From Desulfosudaceae bacterium (GTDB lineage: Bacteria > Desulfobacterota > Desulfobacteria > Desulfobacterales > Desulfosudaceae), in contig CAXXDV010000003.1 in the NCBI GenBank assembly GCA_963674745.2, positions 416,001-480,000 on the forward strand: DNA of 64,000 nt, given 5' to 3'. Shown here one piece after another: positions 10,653 to 20,184 of the stretch. Made by a program: the position numbers and the translations under genes. The notes below the pieces were generated by a model. That model ran no database searches and was not told the origin of the DNA. It saw only the letters and a list, made by a program, of their open reading frames with translations. The first letter of the stretch is position 1, and each line of letters begins with the position of its first letter.

Positions 10653-11900
10653 TTACAGATTTTCGGCGTGGACCAGGATGTTTTTGTTGATGCTGATATT
10701 GATGTCCGGTGAAAAGAGATCGTGGGGACGTTCAGCAAAGGGCAGAAAAACCAGGGTGACACGTCGGGGAGAGATCCCGATTTCCGAAAACCGGGGCAGC
10801 CAGGTGTGGGCCGGTCGCATAATGGCTGCCAGCGTGATTTTAATGCTTTCCAATCCTTCGGAAGCCGGCAGGGTTATGGGATGAATAGGGTGCTTGTCGA
10901 TGGTTTCGACCAGGTCGGCCTGAGGCTGGGCAAAAGCCAGTTGCAGGTTGAGGCGATGGAAGATATCCCCCCGGATTTTAAAGGCCGGTGACCAGAAGAA
11001 AAAAGGCCTTTCTTTCCATTCCGGCTGAATGACCCGGGGCAGGTTGGCCAGTTCAACCAGGTCGGCATAAGAAGCCAGCGGCGCGCCGCTGATGGCCGCT
11101 TCCATACGCCAGAATGGCAGGTAGATCGCATTCGGATTGTCCGATTCCACACGCCCGAAGCGTACCCTGACCAGTTGCCGGCGACGTGGTCGCCACAGGC
11201 TCTGACAGTTACGACAGACCAGCGTCAGCGACTGACTGGCGCCGTCCAGATCCCATCCACAGGAAGGACACAAACCGGGTATGAAAACGGTTTCTTGTTC
11301 CGGACGGCAGGATGCCATTTCACCAAATTCAAGATTTTCGGCCGGGCCGGAGGCCCGGACAGGCTCGTTGAGTATCCCGTCATACAACCGGTTGCTTTTG
11401 ATATAGACAGGTGAATAAATCAAGCTGGCGGTTTCACCGATGTATTCCCTGAAAACCGTATCGAAATCAAACTGTATTATCCGGCTGAGGTATTCGAGTT
11501 CATCCATGGCCGCTTTTAACCGGCAGGGCTTTAGAAAACGGCCCTGGTTCTCGGCGGAAACCAGTTTAAGCGGTAAGGCCTGGGCACGGACCCCCAGCGA
11601 TGTGGGAAGCGAACCGGGAAAAGGGGATAACGCGACACGGCTGATGTCCAGGTATTTGTTGGTTATCCCGTTTTCAATCGAGCTTGAGAAAAGTGTGCCT
11701 TTAAACCGCCAGTAAGGAACATAGATGACTTCCACGTTTTCGGGCATGCTTTTCGATGGTGAAAACAGAAATCGGAAATAACCTTTCTGATCAATACAGG
11801 AACGGACCCGGCAGTAAGGACAGGCAAAAAACCGGTCCGCTTCGTTTAAAGTGATCGGCGCGCCACACTGAGGGCATTGATGCGTGACCTGAAACTGGAT
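10653..11900 (-). CDS. Duplicated Zn-ribbon protein (YdjG-like); probable ATC start 51 codons upstream of the ORF-track start
   Basis: Frame open upstream of 11747: IQFQVTHQCPQCGAPITLNEADRFFACPYCRVRSC...; GGAGG 5 nt before ATC at 11900; second unit CPSCG...CRNC...IYLPFWR. Confidence 0.7.
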   Translation of the reverse strand: MQFQVTHQCPQCGAPITLNEADRFFACPYCRVRSCIDQKGYFRFLFSPSKSMPENVEVIYVPYWRFKGTLFSSSIENGITNKYLDISRVALSPFPGSLPTSLGVRAQALPLKLVSAENQGRFLKPCRLKAAMDELEYLSRIIQFDFDTVFREYIGETASLIYSPVYIKSNRLYDGILNEPVRASGPAENLEFGEMASCRPEQETVFIPGLCPSCGWDLDGASQSLTLVCRNCQSLWRPRRRQLVRVRFGRVESDNPNAIYLPFWRMEAAISGAPLASYADLVELANLPRVIQPEWKERPFFFWSPAFKIRGDIFHRLNLQLAFAQPQADLVETIDKHPIHPITLPASEGLESIKITLAAIMRPAHTWLPRFSEIGISPRRVTLVFLPFAERPHDLFSPDINISINKNILVHAENL

Positions 11901-11913
11901 GGCGGCCTCCGAT

Positions 11914-13068
11914 TTAATCCGATGTCAGTTTTTCACCGCAGTTGTCGCAGAAAAGCGCTTCGGGCAGATTTTCGTTGCCGCACTTGGCGCATGTCAACGG
12001 TGCCTTTTTCTCGGCGGTTGCATGTCCGCAGCGGGGGCAGAAGTTGGCGCCGGGCGTGATGTTTTTGCCGCAGTTTTCACATTTTTTGAAAATAACCTGC
12101 TGATGTCCGCATTGTGGACAGAACCTGGCATCTGCGGGAATGACATTTTGGCATTCCGGGCAGGCGACTGTCGGGGGCGCGGTGCTGCCGCCTGATGCAG
12201 CCTGGTTCTGTTGCCCTGAAAAATATTGGGAGAACAGGCCGGGCAGCATGACGCCCAGCCCCATGCCCATGCCGGCGCCCGCACCGGTACCGTCTTCGGA
12301 CCCCTGGGCCGCTTTTTCCATGGCCATTGCGGCCTTCATCTGCAGCAGCTTGTTCATGTCGTCAAAGACGCCCATGCGGCTGCGGTCGTCTATGGCGGCC
12401 TGCACTTCAGGCGGAGGGGTTATGGCGTTGATATAGAGCTCCGAAAGGGCAAGGCCGAATTTGCTGAAGTCTTCTTTTAATTTCAGGGCCAGGCCGTCGG
12501 CCAGTTCGTTATAGCTGGACGGCAGATCCAGGATGGTCTTGATGTGATCGCCGATGTAATCGTTGAAGCGGGAGACGATGACCCGATTCAGATAATCTTC
12601 AATGGCGTCGGTGGTATACTTTCCCTGCGTACCCACCAGGCTGTTGATAAACAGTGCCGGTTGAACAATACGGATGTTAAAGATACCAAAAGCCCTGAGA
12701 CGGACCAGGCCCAGTTCGGCATCCTTGAAGGCCACTGGATCCCGGGTGCCCCATTTCAGGTTGGTAAAGGTCTTCAGGTTGGTGAAATAAACTTCAGCCC
12801 TCAAGGGGCTGGACATACCCCAGGGCAGGCTGATGATTTTCGTCAGCAGGGGGATGTTGGCGGTTTTAAGCGTATGACGGCCCGGTCCAAAGGCCCCCAC
12901 AGCCCGCCCCTGATAGAAAAATACGGCTGCCTGGCTTTCCCTGACCGTTAATTGGGCGCCGTACTTGATTTCTCCGGAGCCTGTTTCGGGCAGGCGCTGA
13001 ACCAGTTCTTTGCCGGTATCATCGAACCATTCCAGATTTTCCAGAAAGATGAGGTTGTTGCTTCCCAT
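11914..13068 (-). CDS. SPFH/band-7 domain protein with C-terminal double zinc ribbon (YdjI-like)
   Basis: GAQLTVRESQAAVF, GPGRHTL, NLKWGT, GMGMGLG linker, six CxxC motifs at the C-terminus. Confidence 0.88.
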   Translation of the reverse strand: MGSNNLIFLENLEWFDDTGKELVQRLPETGSGEIKYGAQLTVRESQAAVFFYQGRAVGAFGPGRHTLKTANIPLLTKIISLPWGMSSPLRAEVYFTNLKTFTNLKWGTRDPVAFKDAELGLVRLRAFGIFNIRIVQPALFINSLVGTQGKYTTDAIEDYLNRVIVSRFNDYIGDHIKTILDLPSSYNELADGLALKLKEDFSKFGLALSELYINAITPPPEVQAAIDDRSRMGVFDDMNKLLQMKAAMAMEKAAQGSEDGTGAGAGMGMGLGVMLPGLFSQYFSGQQNQAASGGSTAPPTVACPECQNVIPADARFCPQCGHQQVIFKKCENCGKNITPGANFCPRCGHATAEKKAPLTCAKCGNENLPEALFCDNCGEKLTSD

Positions 13069-13278
13069 GGGTATCGTCTCCTTGAATTGCTATCGGTTGT
13101 GTGATGCGATACAGTCCCCGTAATATGGAGGGCTTGATCCGGGTTATCATTATTGCCATTCCGGATTTAAAGTGTTTCGAAATTAATATTCCGCAGCCCC
13201 CATAATGTAATACTCTTTATAATGTTACCCTATTTTATAAGATGTGTCCAGATCCGGACAGAATGACAAATATTCGGG

Positions 13279-14721
13279 CTATAGAACCGGAGAGAACAGG
13301 CTGGCCAGCCGGACCAGGAGCCTGAACAGTAAGGTGGTTTTGTCGTCCGGGTAGAGGACCTGCCGGCTTTGATCCATATCGTTTTTCAGAATGTTTTCCA
13401 CCCGTGCGGTAAAATTCCGGTTTTTGATCACCATGTTCATTTCGAAGTTCAGATAAAAAGACCGGTTATCGAAATTGGCACTGCCGATAACCGAGGTGTG
13501 ATTATCGATAATCATCACTTTCTGATGCATGAAACCGGGCAGATATCGGTATATGGTGATGCCCGGGACGGACAGAAGCCGGGAAAAGTAAGCAAAAGAG
13601 GCCAGATAGACAATTATTTTATCCGGTCGGCCGGGTAGGATGATTCTGACGTCAACCCCCTTTAAAGCCGCTACCTGAAGGGCGTTGACGATACCTTCGT
13701 CAGGGACGAAATAAGGACTGGCGATCCAGATGCGTTTTTTGGCCGAAAGAATGGCATGTAAAAAAAAGAGAAGACAGGTATCCAGGTATTGACTGGGGTC
13801 GGTGGCCAGCGGCAGAATGTTCATATCACCTGCCGGGGCCGGGTGAACGTTCCAGGCAATATCCAGCTTTTTACGGACCGCCCAGAACCAGTCGGCGTTG
13901 AATGCAAGTTGCAGCCCGAGCACAGAGGGGCCTTCGACCATGACATGGGTATCCCGCCAGGCGCCGTATCTTCTTTTTCTGCCCAGGTATTCATCACCGA
14001 CGTTGTGGCCGCCCACGAAACCGATTTTTCCGTCAACCACGACAATTTTACGATGATTGCGGAAATTGATCTGAAACCGGTTGCGTAATCCCCGGGTTGT
14101 GGAAAAAGGGTGAATCTCCACACCGGCCTGGCGCAGACGATTAACATAATTGCCGGAAAGCTTTCGCGATCCGATTTCGTCATAAAGAAAGTATATCTTT
14201 ACACCTTCTCCCGCTTTCTTGATCAGCAGTTGCTGCAGTTGCTGACCAATACGATCATGCCGGATAATAAAAAATTCAATGAGCAGGTAGTGTTTTGCGG
14301 AATCAATGCTATTGAACAGGGCGTCAAAAGTTTCCGGGCCGTTTACGAGTAGGTCGGCCTTGTTTTTTCCGGTAAACGGTATGCCGGCCAGATGGACGTA
14401 AACCTCATCGCCGGCCTCAATACCGACTTGATGGTAATCGGCAGGCGGTGCATACCGTTCCATTTTTTTTAAGGCACGCTCCACCTGGTGATGCGACTGG
14501 ATGTTGCCGGCACGTAATATCTCAACATAACCGTAGAATTTGTTGCGCCCAAAGACCCAGTACAGGGGCAGGGCGACCCAGGGCATGACGATGAGGGTGA
14601 TGGCCCAGGCGATGGCACCGCGGGCTGAACGGGTGAGCAGAATGGCGTGCATGGCAGTGATAATGCCAAGAATTTCAACGATCAGTATAATAATGGTAAG
14701 TGCCGGCTTAATTAATTCCAT
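13279..14721 (-). CDS. cls: Cardiolipin synthase
   Basis: Two N-terminal TMs, two HKD motifs (NHRKIVVVDG, HQKVMIID), SPYFVP, GSANFDNRSF. Confidence 0.93.
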   Translation of the reverse strand: MELIKPALTIIILIVEILGIITAMHAILLTRSARGAIAWAITLIVMPWVALPLYWVFGRNKFYGYVEILRAGNIQSHHQVERALKKMERYAPPADYHQVGIEAGDEVYVHLAGIPFTGKNKADLLVNGPETFDALFNSIDSAKHYLLIEFFIIRHDRIGQQLQQLLIKKAGEGVKIYFLYDEIGSRKLSGNYVNRLRQAGVEIHPFSTTRGLRNRFQINFRNHRKIVVVDGKIGFVGGHNVGDEYLGRKRRYGAWRDTHVMVEGPSVLGLQLAFNADWFWAVRKKLDIAWNVHPAPAGDMNILPLATDPSQYLDTCLLFFLHAILSAKKRIWIASPYFVPDEGIVNALQVAALKGVDVRIILPGRPDKIIVYLASFAYFSRLLSVPGITIYRYLPGFMHQKVMIIDNHTSVIGSANFDNRSFYLNFEMNMVIKNRNFTARVENILKNDMDQSRQVLYPDDKTTLLFRLLVRLASLFSPVL

Positions 14722-14813
14722 AATTATAAGGTTGCCTGCAACGATAAGATTTTTATAAATATATGTATGCTATAAACTGATTTTGGTAAATTTGTCCAGA
14801 GATAAAGCATAAA

Positions 14814-14934
14814 GGTTTTAAAGTGTTAGGGTTTTATGGTGTTAATGTGGTTAAGTGTTTATGTGGTTAGGTGATCGTGAGGGCGTTTCTAATGGGTGTC
14901 AGGGGCGTAGGGCCGACCCGCCGGCTGCCCTTAC
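14814..14934. repeat. Degenerate octamer tandem array followed by a degenerate GTAG REP
   Basis: GGTTTTAA AGTGTTAG GGTTTTAT GGTGTTAA T GTGGTTAA GTGTTTAT GTGGTTAG, then GTAGGGCCGACCCGCCGGCTGCCCTTAC (14907-14934). Confidence 0.7.
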
Positions 14935-15035
14935 AGATGGGTGACACGGGCGGGGCATCAACCGGGACCGGTCCGGAATCAAATTTTAAAAAAACAGGGC
15001 TTGTAAAGTGTTGTTGCCTAAAAGGGGATAGATAA

Positions 15036-16643
15036 ATGAATAAAATTTTTGGCGGTGTGGCGCCTGAGGGACGATTTGTCGTGGGACTTCACAAGCCCGC
15101 TTACCGGGTGGCCAATCTGCGGGAAAACGATTATTTAAGCACATTGGGAATAGACGAAGAAGGCCGGGTGTACGACAACCGGATTAATTTCCCGGAGAAC
15201 GATGTGGTCGAGGAGCAGGCTGACCGGGTTTATGAAATTCCCAACCCTTTTCCCTTCAGGGGTGTGACCTATATCGCCGGTCGTTGGGCGGACAGGACCG
15301 CCAACCGGCCGGAGAAGATTTTTTTACCGCCGGCGCCGTGGGTTTCGTTCCGGGAATCCCTCAGTCAATGGCCCGGTGGGGATTTTTCGGATGAGCTGAT
15401 GGCGTTGCTGCCGGAACCATTGCAGCTGGCCCTGGCAGTGTCTTCAACCGATCCCGATGATTTGGTCCGGCTGGCGGCAATCAGTTGCGATATCTGGTTT
15501 GATGATACTTCCGGGCGTCCCAGAGGGCTTTTTTACGAAAAAGATGATGCGGGGCGGGCACGTCCGAAGATAAAAAATCACCGGCTGTTCGAAGCTGTGG
15601 CCAATAACCACTGGCTCCCGGATGATTACAAGCGGATCATGGTGTTGCGTCCGGGAGCTCAGGGCGGTAGTGAGATCACCGCTGAATGGCGTGGTGCAGA
15701 GCCGACGGGCCATGTCTTTGAGTACCTGAGACGGAACAGCTATATCCCCTGGGGCCATTATGCGGCCAACATGGCCGATGACGTCGTCCGGTATCGGATA
15801 AATGATCTGAGACCTGAAGATGTTAGGGGGATGCGGCATTTATACTATCAAAGAACCTATGCCCGACTGGCGCACATGCTGGGCCTGGATTTCCGGCACA
15901 GGCGTCGGACCCTTTCGGAGGATGAGGTGGAACAGTTGAGGGCCCGGATTCTCGCTGCCGTCAATAGCGGGGGGCAGAAGTCCGTCCTTGGTTTGAATGC
16001 CACGGTCTGGGGGTGGAACTTCGGGTTTGATTATGCCCCCAGCCATTATCGGCTTCATGCCTCACATCAGCAGGTCCATCAGCAGTATGCCCTGTCGCCG
16101 GCAACGGTGGAAACACTGGACAAAAAACAAATCCCCTCCTACTGCAGCGGTGACCTGGTCGCGGCTTTTATCAGTGACTACTTTCAGAAGACCGGCCGTC
16201 CTTTTTTTGAGGCTTATCTTCAGGCCATAGAAACCAATATCCGCACCGATGGCCGGTCAGGTGAGCGCAGCCTGGTGGTCCACCGGGATGATCATGTCAT
16301 GCTGTTTGTCCCCAAGGCCCAGACATCTCAGTGGGAACTACAACTGATGACGCTAAAACCGGTCGCCAATATTCTGGAGGCCGATGCCGGGGTGCGGCAG
16401 TCGCTTGATAGGGCCATCCATTTGGCCGTGACCGTTCTGGCGGGACTGGGGGCCCGGATGATCACCACCATTGAATACAGCGGACGGATATCACCGGTTA
16501 AAACAGACCAGCGGCTGGTCTACAGTTTTCTGCCCCGGCTGCCGGAATCACCCGGCGCTTTCAGTGAATTCCAACTGCGATGGATAAACGGTCATTTTCC
16601 CGAAGACTTCGCTGCCGCCTGTCGGATGAAATCGGGGCTATAA
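15036..16643 (+). CDS. Hypothetical protein with GalT/HIT-like C-terminal region
   Basis: 535-aa ORF with RBS; WNFG...HASHQQVHQQ resembles the GalT N-x-G...GAS-x-x-HPHxQ loop; E-R-x-L-V-V...LFVP..Q...WE...INGHFPEDFAA resembles GalT C-domain. Confidence 0.5.
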   Translation: MNKIFGGVAPEGRFVVGLHKPAYRVANLRENDYLSTLGIDEEGRVYDNRINFPENDVVEEQADRVYEIPNPFPFRGVTYIAGRWADRTANRPEKIFLPPAPWVSFRESLSQWPGGDFSDELMALLPEPLQLALAVSSTDPDDLVRLAAISCDIWFDDTSGRPRGLFYEKDDAGRARPKIKNHRLFEAVANNHWLPDDYKRIMVLRPGAQGGSEITAEWRGAEPTGHVFEYLRRNSYIPWGHYAANMADDVVRYRINDLRPEDVRGMRHLYYQRTYARLAHMLGLDFRHRRRTLSEDEVEQLRARILAAVNSGGQKSVLGLNATVWGWNFGFDYAPSHYRLHASHQQVHQQYALSPATVETLDKKQIPSYCSGDLVAAFISDYFQKTGRPFFEAYLQAIETNIRTDGRSGERSLVVHRDDHVMLFVPKAQTSQWELQLMTLKPVANILEADAGVRQSLDRAIHLAVTVLAGLGARMITTIEYSGRISPVKTDQRLVYSFLPRLPESPGAFSEFQLRWINGHFPEDFAAACRMKSGL

Positions 16644-16968
16644 TCGGTTCAAGGTTTGTGGGCCAGGGCATCAGGGCGAGGCGCTGTTCCCGTATGACGG
16701 CCACCACAGGTAGAAAAATCCCGTTAAACCTGTAGGCAAAAGATTATACAGGATAAAGACGAGCAAAGCGGTCCGGCAGTGTCGACCCCGACCCGACGAT
16801 TGTTTGTAAATAAAATCCATGTTGCCCCTTGATAATTCGGATTGATTAAAAAAATATTTATATTGCAACACATATTCATGAAAAGAGAACTGTTTTGTCA
16901 GGTCCGCCAGGGTTTTTTAACCCCGTAAAAATCCTGCTTTAAATACATATTTAAAGGGAGGTTTGGAA

Positions 16969-16997
16969 TTGACAGACCCCGGTCGATTGCATATACT
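16969..16997 (+). promoter_or_regulatory. Sigma70-type promoter of the activase operon with a palindrome in the spacer
   Basis: TTGACA (16969-16974), 17 nt spacer, TATACT (16992-16997); GACC-CC-GGTC palindrome at 16976-16985. Confidence 0.6.
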
Positions 16998-17031
16998 CTT
17001 TCATTCCATCAACATCTTTGAGGCATGATCC

Positions 17032-20000
17032 ATGTCTGATGCTTATTATGTCGGGTTTGATGTCGGCAGCAGCGCCATCCATTATGCCATTATTGATAAT
17101 ACCGGAGCTGTTGTGTATTCGGCAAGTCCGGTCATGCATTTTGCCGATCCCATCGGCACCATCCGCCGGGCGTGGGCGGATATCACCAGTCGCTTTTCTG
17201 AATCATCCATACAGGCTACTGCTTTTACCGGCAGCGGGGCGGAGAATTTTCCGGATGTGATGCCGGGGGTTATATATCTTTATGACAGCGTCAGTATCCC
17301 TGCCGGTGCTGCCGCGCTGGACCCCGAAGCGGAGTGTGTCGTTCATATCGGCGCCAAGGATGCTTATTTCTTCCGGTTGCGTAAAGTGGGTGAGCGGACA
17401 ATTCTCCAGGAATGGAAGGCCGGGTCGAAATGCGGCGGCGGAACCGGCACGCTGCTGCAGAAACAGTGCCGCCGTCTTTTTCAAAGCGAAATGGCGTTTC
17501 CTGTGCTGGAAAACATCGATGCCCTTTCCGAAAATAAAAGATCAGCGGCACGGGATCGAAACGCCTCGAATCTACAGCAGTTTGAAGACGCCATCATGGC
17601 CGCTGCCGAGAGGGAGGCGGAAAAATCCCTGGTGCCCAGTGAGTTTCTGGCCCGTTGTGGTGTGGTGATTCAGTCGGATCTCATTCACAAACAGAACGAA
17701 GGCGTCAATCGGGCGGATAATCTGGCCGGTCTGTTCCGGACCGTGGCCCGCAATTACAAAATTGACGTGCTGGGCAATTCATCCCTGGACAATCGGCGCG
17801 TCATTTCTACCGGCGGCGTGGTCGCCAATAAACTGATTTTGCAGGCATTGGCGGATTCTCTGAAAGTCCCGCTTGTCCGGCCGGATGATTTTTATAATGT
17901 GGGGGCCGTTGGCGCGGCTACCATGGCCGCACAGCAGAAAAGCACGTTTATCTTTACGCCGGAACAGCTGGCAACGATTCAAGAATACTGTCAACAGCAG
18001 CGCAAGTTCGCGCCGCCGCTGTATTCCTCGTTACAGCAGGTGAACAAAATCGTTGCCGAACGGCATCAGGAAAAGATTGACAGCCGTGAGGTCGTTTTGG
18101 GTATTGATGGCGGTAGCACGACCACCAAGGGCGCCCTGGTCGATCTGGCCACGGGCCGGCTGCTGGATAAGCTTTATATCAAAACCCACGGTGATCCTGA
18201 AGGCAGCCTGAAAAAGGTGCTCAAGTATCTGAGCCGCCACCAGGCGGATGTGGTTGTCCGGGGGGTCGGAACCACCGGCTCGGCGCGCAAGCTTTATGAA
18301 AAAATCCTGCTCAGTCGGAAACAGGTGGAGACATTTAACGATAAGGGCATTACGCCTGTCGACCGGGTGACGGATGAGATTACCTGTCATGCTCTGGGGG
18401 TCCAATATTACAACCCTGATATCGATACCATATTTGAAATCGGCGGGCAGGACATGAAGTTTACCACCTTTAACACGGAAACCGGCGCTGTGCGGAACGC
18501 CAAAATGAACTACAGCTGCCAGGCCGGTTCCGGGCAGACCATGGAAAACATGGCCGGCCTGATCGGTCTTGACGTGACCACCACCTTGCAGGAATATGCT
18601 TTGCGGGCCCAAAGAGTACCTGTCATCGACGCCACCTGCGGTGTTTTCATGGAAATGGATGAAAACCGGCTCATTGCCGAAGGGTTTACCAGAGAAGAAA
18701 TCGCGGCAGCCATCGTACGCGCAACAGCGGCCAGTTATTTTTATAAATTTGTCGGCGGTGCCCAGAAGGTCGGTTTATCCTGTTCGGCTCAGGGCGGGCC
18801 CTGTCTGGGAGATGCTTTTCTGGCCGCCCTGAGTCAGGTGACCGGGCTGACGCTTAATGCATATCCTGACCGTGAAATGTTCGGGGCCTGGGGTGCTGCC
18901 CTGGATGTCATCCGGCAGATTAATGATTATGAGCAGGAGGGTGTCGCATGGGATACCGCTTTTCGGGGGTGGGCGGTGATGGACACCTCTTTTATGAAGG
19001 AGGAGAAAAACTGCAGTGACGTCTTCGGTAGCCGGTCCTGTGGCGTGAGAGACTGCAAACTCCACCTGTTTCATATCGGCCAGGAGACAATCGTCAGCAA
19101 CGGTTACTGCCCTCGTGGAAATTCAGAGGCTACCGGCAGATCCCGCCCTGATTATGTGGATATTTATCATACGATTTACGAAAAGCATTTTAAACAATAC
19201 GGATCGCTTTTACATGAAGCACCGGCCGATGGACATACCATCGGTATTCGCCGCAGCACATCCACCCTTGGCCCCAAAGGCATCTGGAGTGCCGCCCTGC
19301 TGGATCATCTGGGATTGCATCCGGTTGTGTCACCAAGAAGTAATCATGAGATCGCCCGGCTGGGTGTTGATCATTCCCAGACAAGCTTCTGCATTGCCCG
19401 AAAATTGGCCACCGGGCATGCCAAAGTTCTGGCCGACCATCCTGAAGTTGCGTTTCTTTATAATCCCGCCTTCATAGAAGTGGCGGGAAAGCCGGGTTTG
19501 AAATATTGCGTTTACACGGAGTCGGAGCCGTATCTTTTAAACGGTGAATTGTCGCTCGATAAAAACAGGCAGATCATACCGGTCCTGGAGTTCGGCGAGC
19601 CCGAGGCGTTAATTGAAAGCTTCAGGAAAGAATTGCATCGTATCGGTTTTCGTGTTAATCGCCGACGGTTGAAGCAGGCGTTAGCCAAAGCAGACGCCGC
19701 AGAAGCGGCTTTCCTTGACGTACTGTATAAGCTGGGTGATAAGTTCCTTGAAAAAACAACCGGCCAGATCGCCTTTGTGGGTGTGGGCAGGGACTACGTG
19801 GTGCTTGATCCTGAAGCCAGTTCCTATTCAGGGGCCATGTTTTCCGGGGTGAGGGGTTTGCACTATATCCCTCAGATTTTTCTTCAGCACCATTACCGGC
19901 ACCTGTCTATTGATGATATGGCTGCCAATGAATACTGGGTGGAAAGTGTTGATATTTTAAAAGCCCACCGGTTTGTCGCTGCCAGGGAAAACCTGTTTCC

Positions 20001-20184
20001 GGTACGCATGATGAATTTCGGTTGCGGGCCGGACAGCATGAAACTGTTTCAGGAAGAACATTACCAGGAACAGGCCGGCAAGCCCATGCTGACGTTACTT
20101 ACGGATGCGCAGACCAACAACGCACCGTTTTTGACCCGCACGGAGGCGTTTGAAAGGGTGGTTCAGGGAGAATATTATGGTTGA
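17032..20184 (+). CDS. Acyl-CoA dehydratase activase-type protein (two BadF/BcrAD ASKHA ATPase domains + DUF2229-like region)
   Basis: GFDVGSS, KCGGGTG, RCGVV; second domain GIDGGSTTTKG, EITCHA, FEIGGQDMK, CQAGSG, TCGVF; C-terminal NFGCGPDS. Confidence 0.88.
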   Translation: MSDAYYVGFDVGSSAIHYAIIDNTGAVVYSASPVMHFADPIGTIRRAWADITSRFSESSIQATAFTGSGAENFPDVMPGVIYLYDSVSIPAGAAALDPEAECVVHIGAKDAYFFRLRKVGERTILQEWKAGSKCGGGTGTLLQKQCRRLFQSEMAFPVLENIDALSENKRSAARDRNASNLQQFEDAIMAAAEREAEKSLVPSEFLARCGVVIQSDLIHKQNEGVNRADNLAGLFRTVARNYKIDVLGNSSLDNRRVISTGGVVANKLILQALADSLKVPLVRPDDFYNVGAVGAATMAAQQKSTFIFTPEQLATIQEYCQQQRKFAPPLYSSLQQVNKIVAERHQEKIDSREVVLGIDGGSTTTKGALVDLATGRLLDKLYIKTHGDPEGSLKKVLKYLSRHQADVVVRGVGTTGSARKLYEKILLSRKQVETFNDKGITPVDRVTDEITCHALGVQYYNPDIDTIFEIGGQDMKFTTFNTETGAVRNAKMNYSCQAGSGQTMENMAGLIGLDVTTTLQEYALRAQRVPVIDATCGVFMEMDENRLIAEGFTREEIAAAIVRATAASYFYKFVGGAQKVGLSCSAQGGPCLGDAFLAALSQVTGLTLNAYPDREMFGAWGAALDVIRQINDYEQEGVAWDTAFRGWAVMDTSFMKEEKNCSDVFGSRSCGVRDCKLHLFHIGQETIVSNGYCPRGNSEATGRSRPDYVDIYHTIYEKHFKQYGSLLHEAPADGHTIGIRRSTSTLGPKGIWSAALLDHLGLHPVVSPRSNHEIARLGVDHSQTSFCIARKLATGHAKVLADHPEVAFLYNPAFIEVAGKPGLKYCVYTESEPYLLNGELSLDKNRQIIPVLEFGEPEALIESFRKELHRIGFRVNRRRLKQALAKADAAEAAFLDVLYKLGDKFLEKTTGQIAFVGVGRDYVVLDPEASSYSGAMFSGVRGLHYIPQIFLQHHYRHLSIDDMAANEYWVESVDILKAHRFVAARENLFPVRMMNFGCGPDSMKLFQEEHYQEQAGKPMLTLLTDAQTNNAPFLTRTEAFERVVQGEYYG

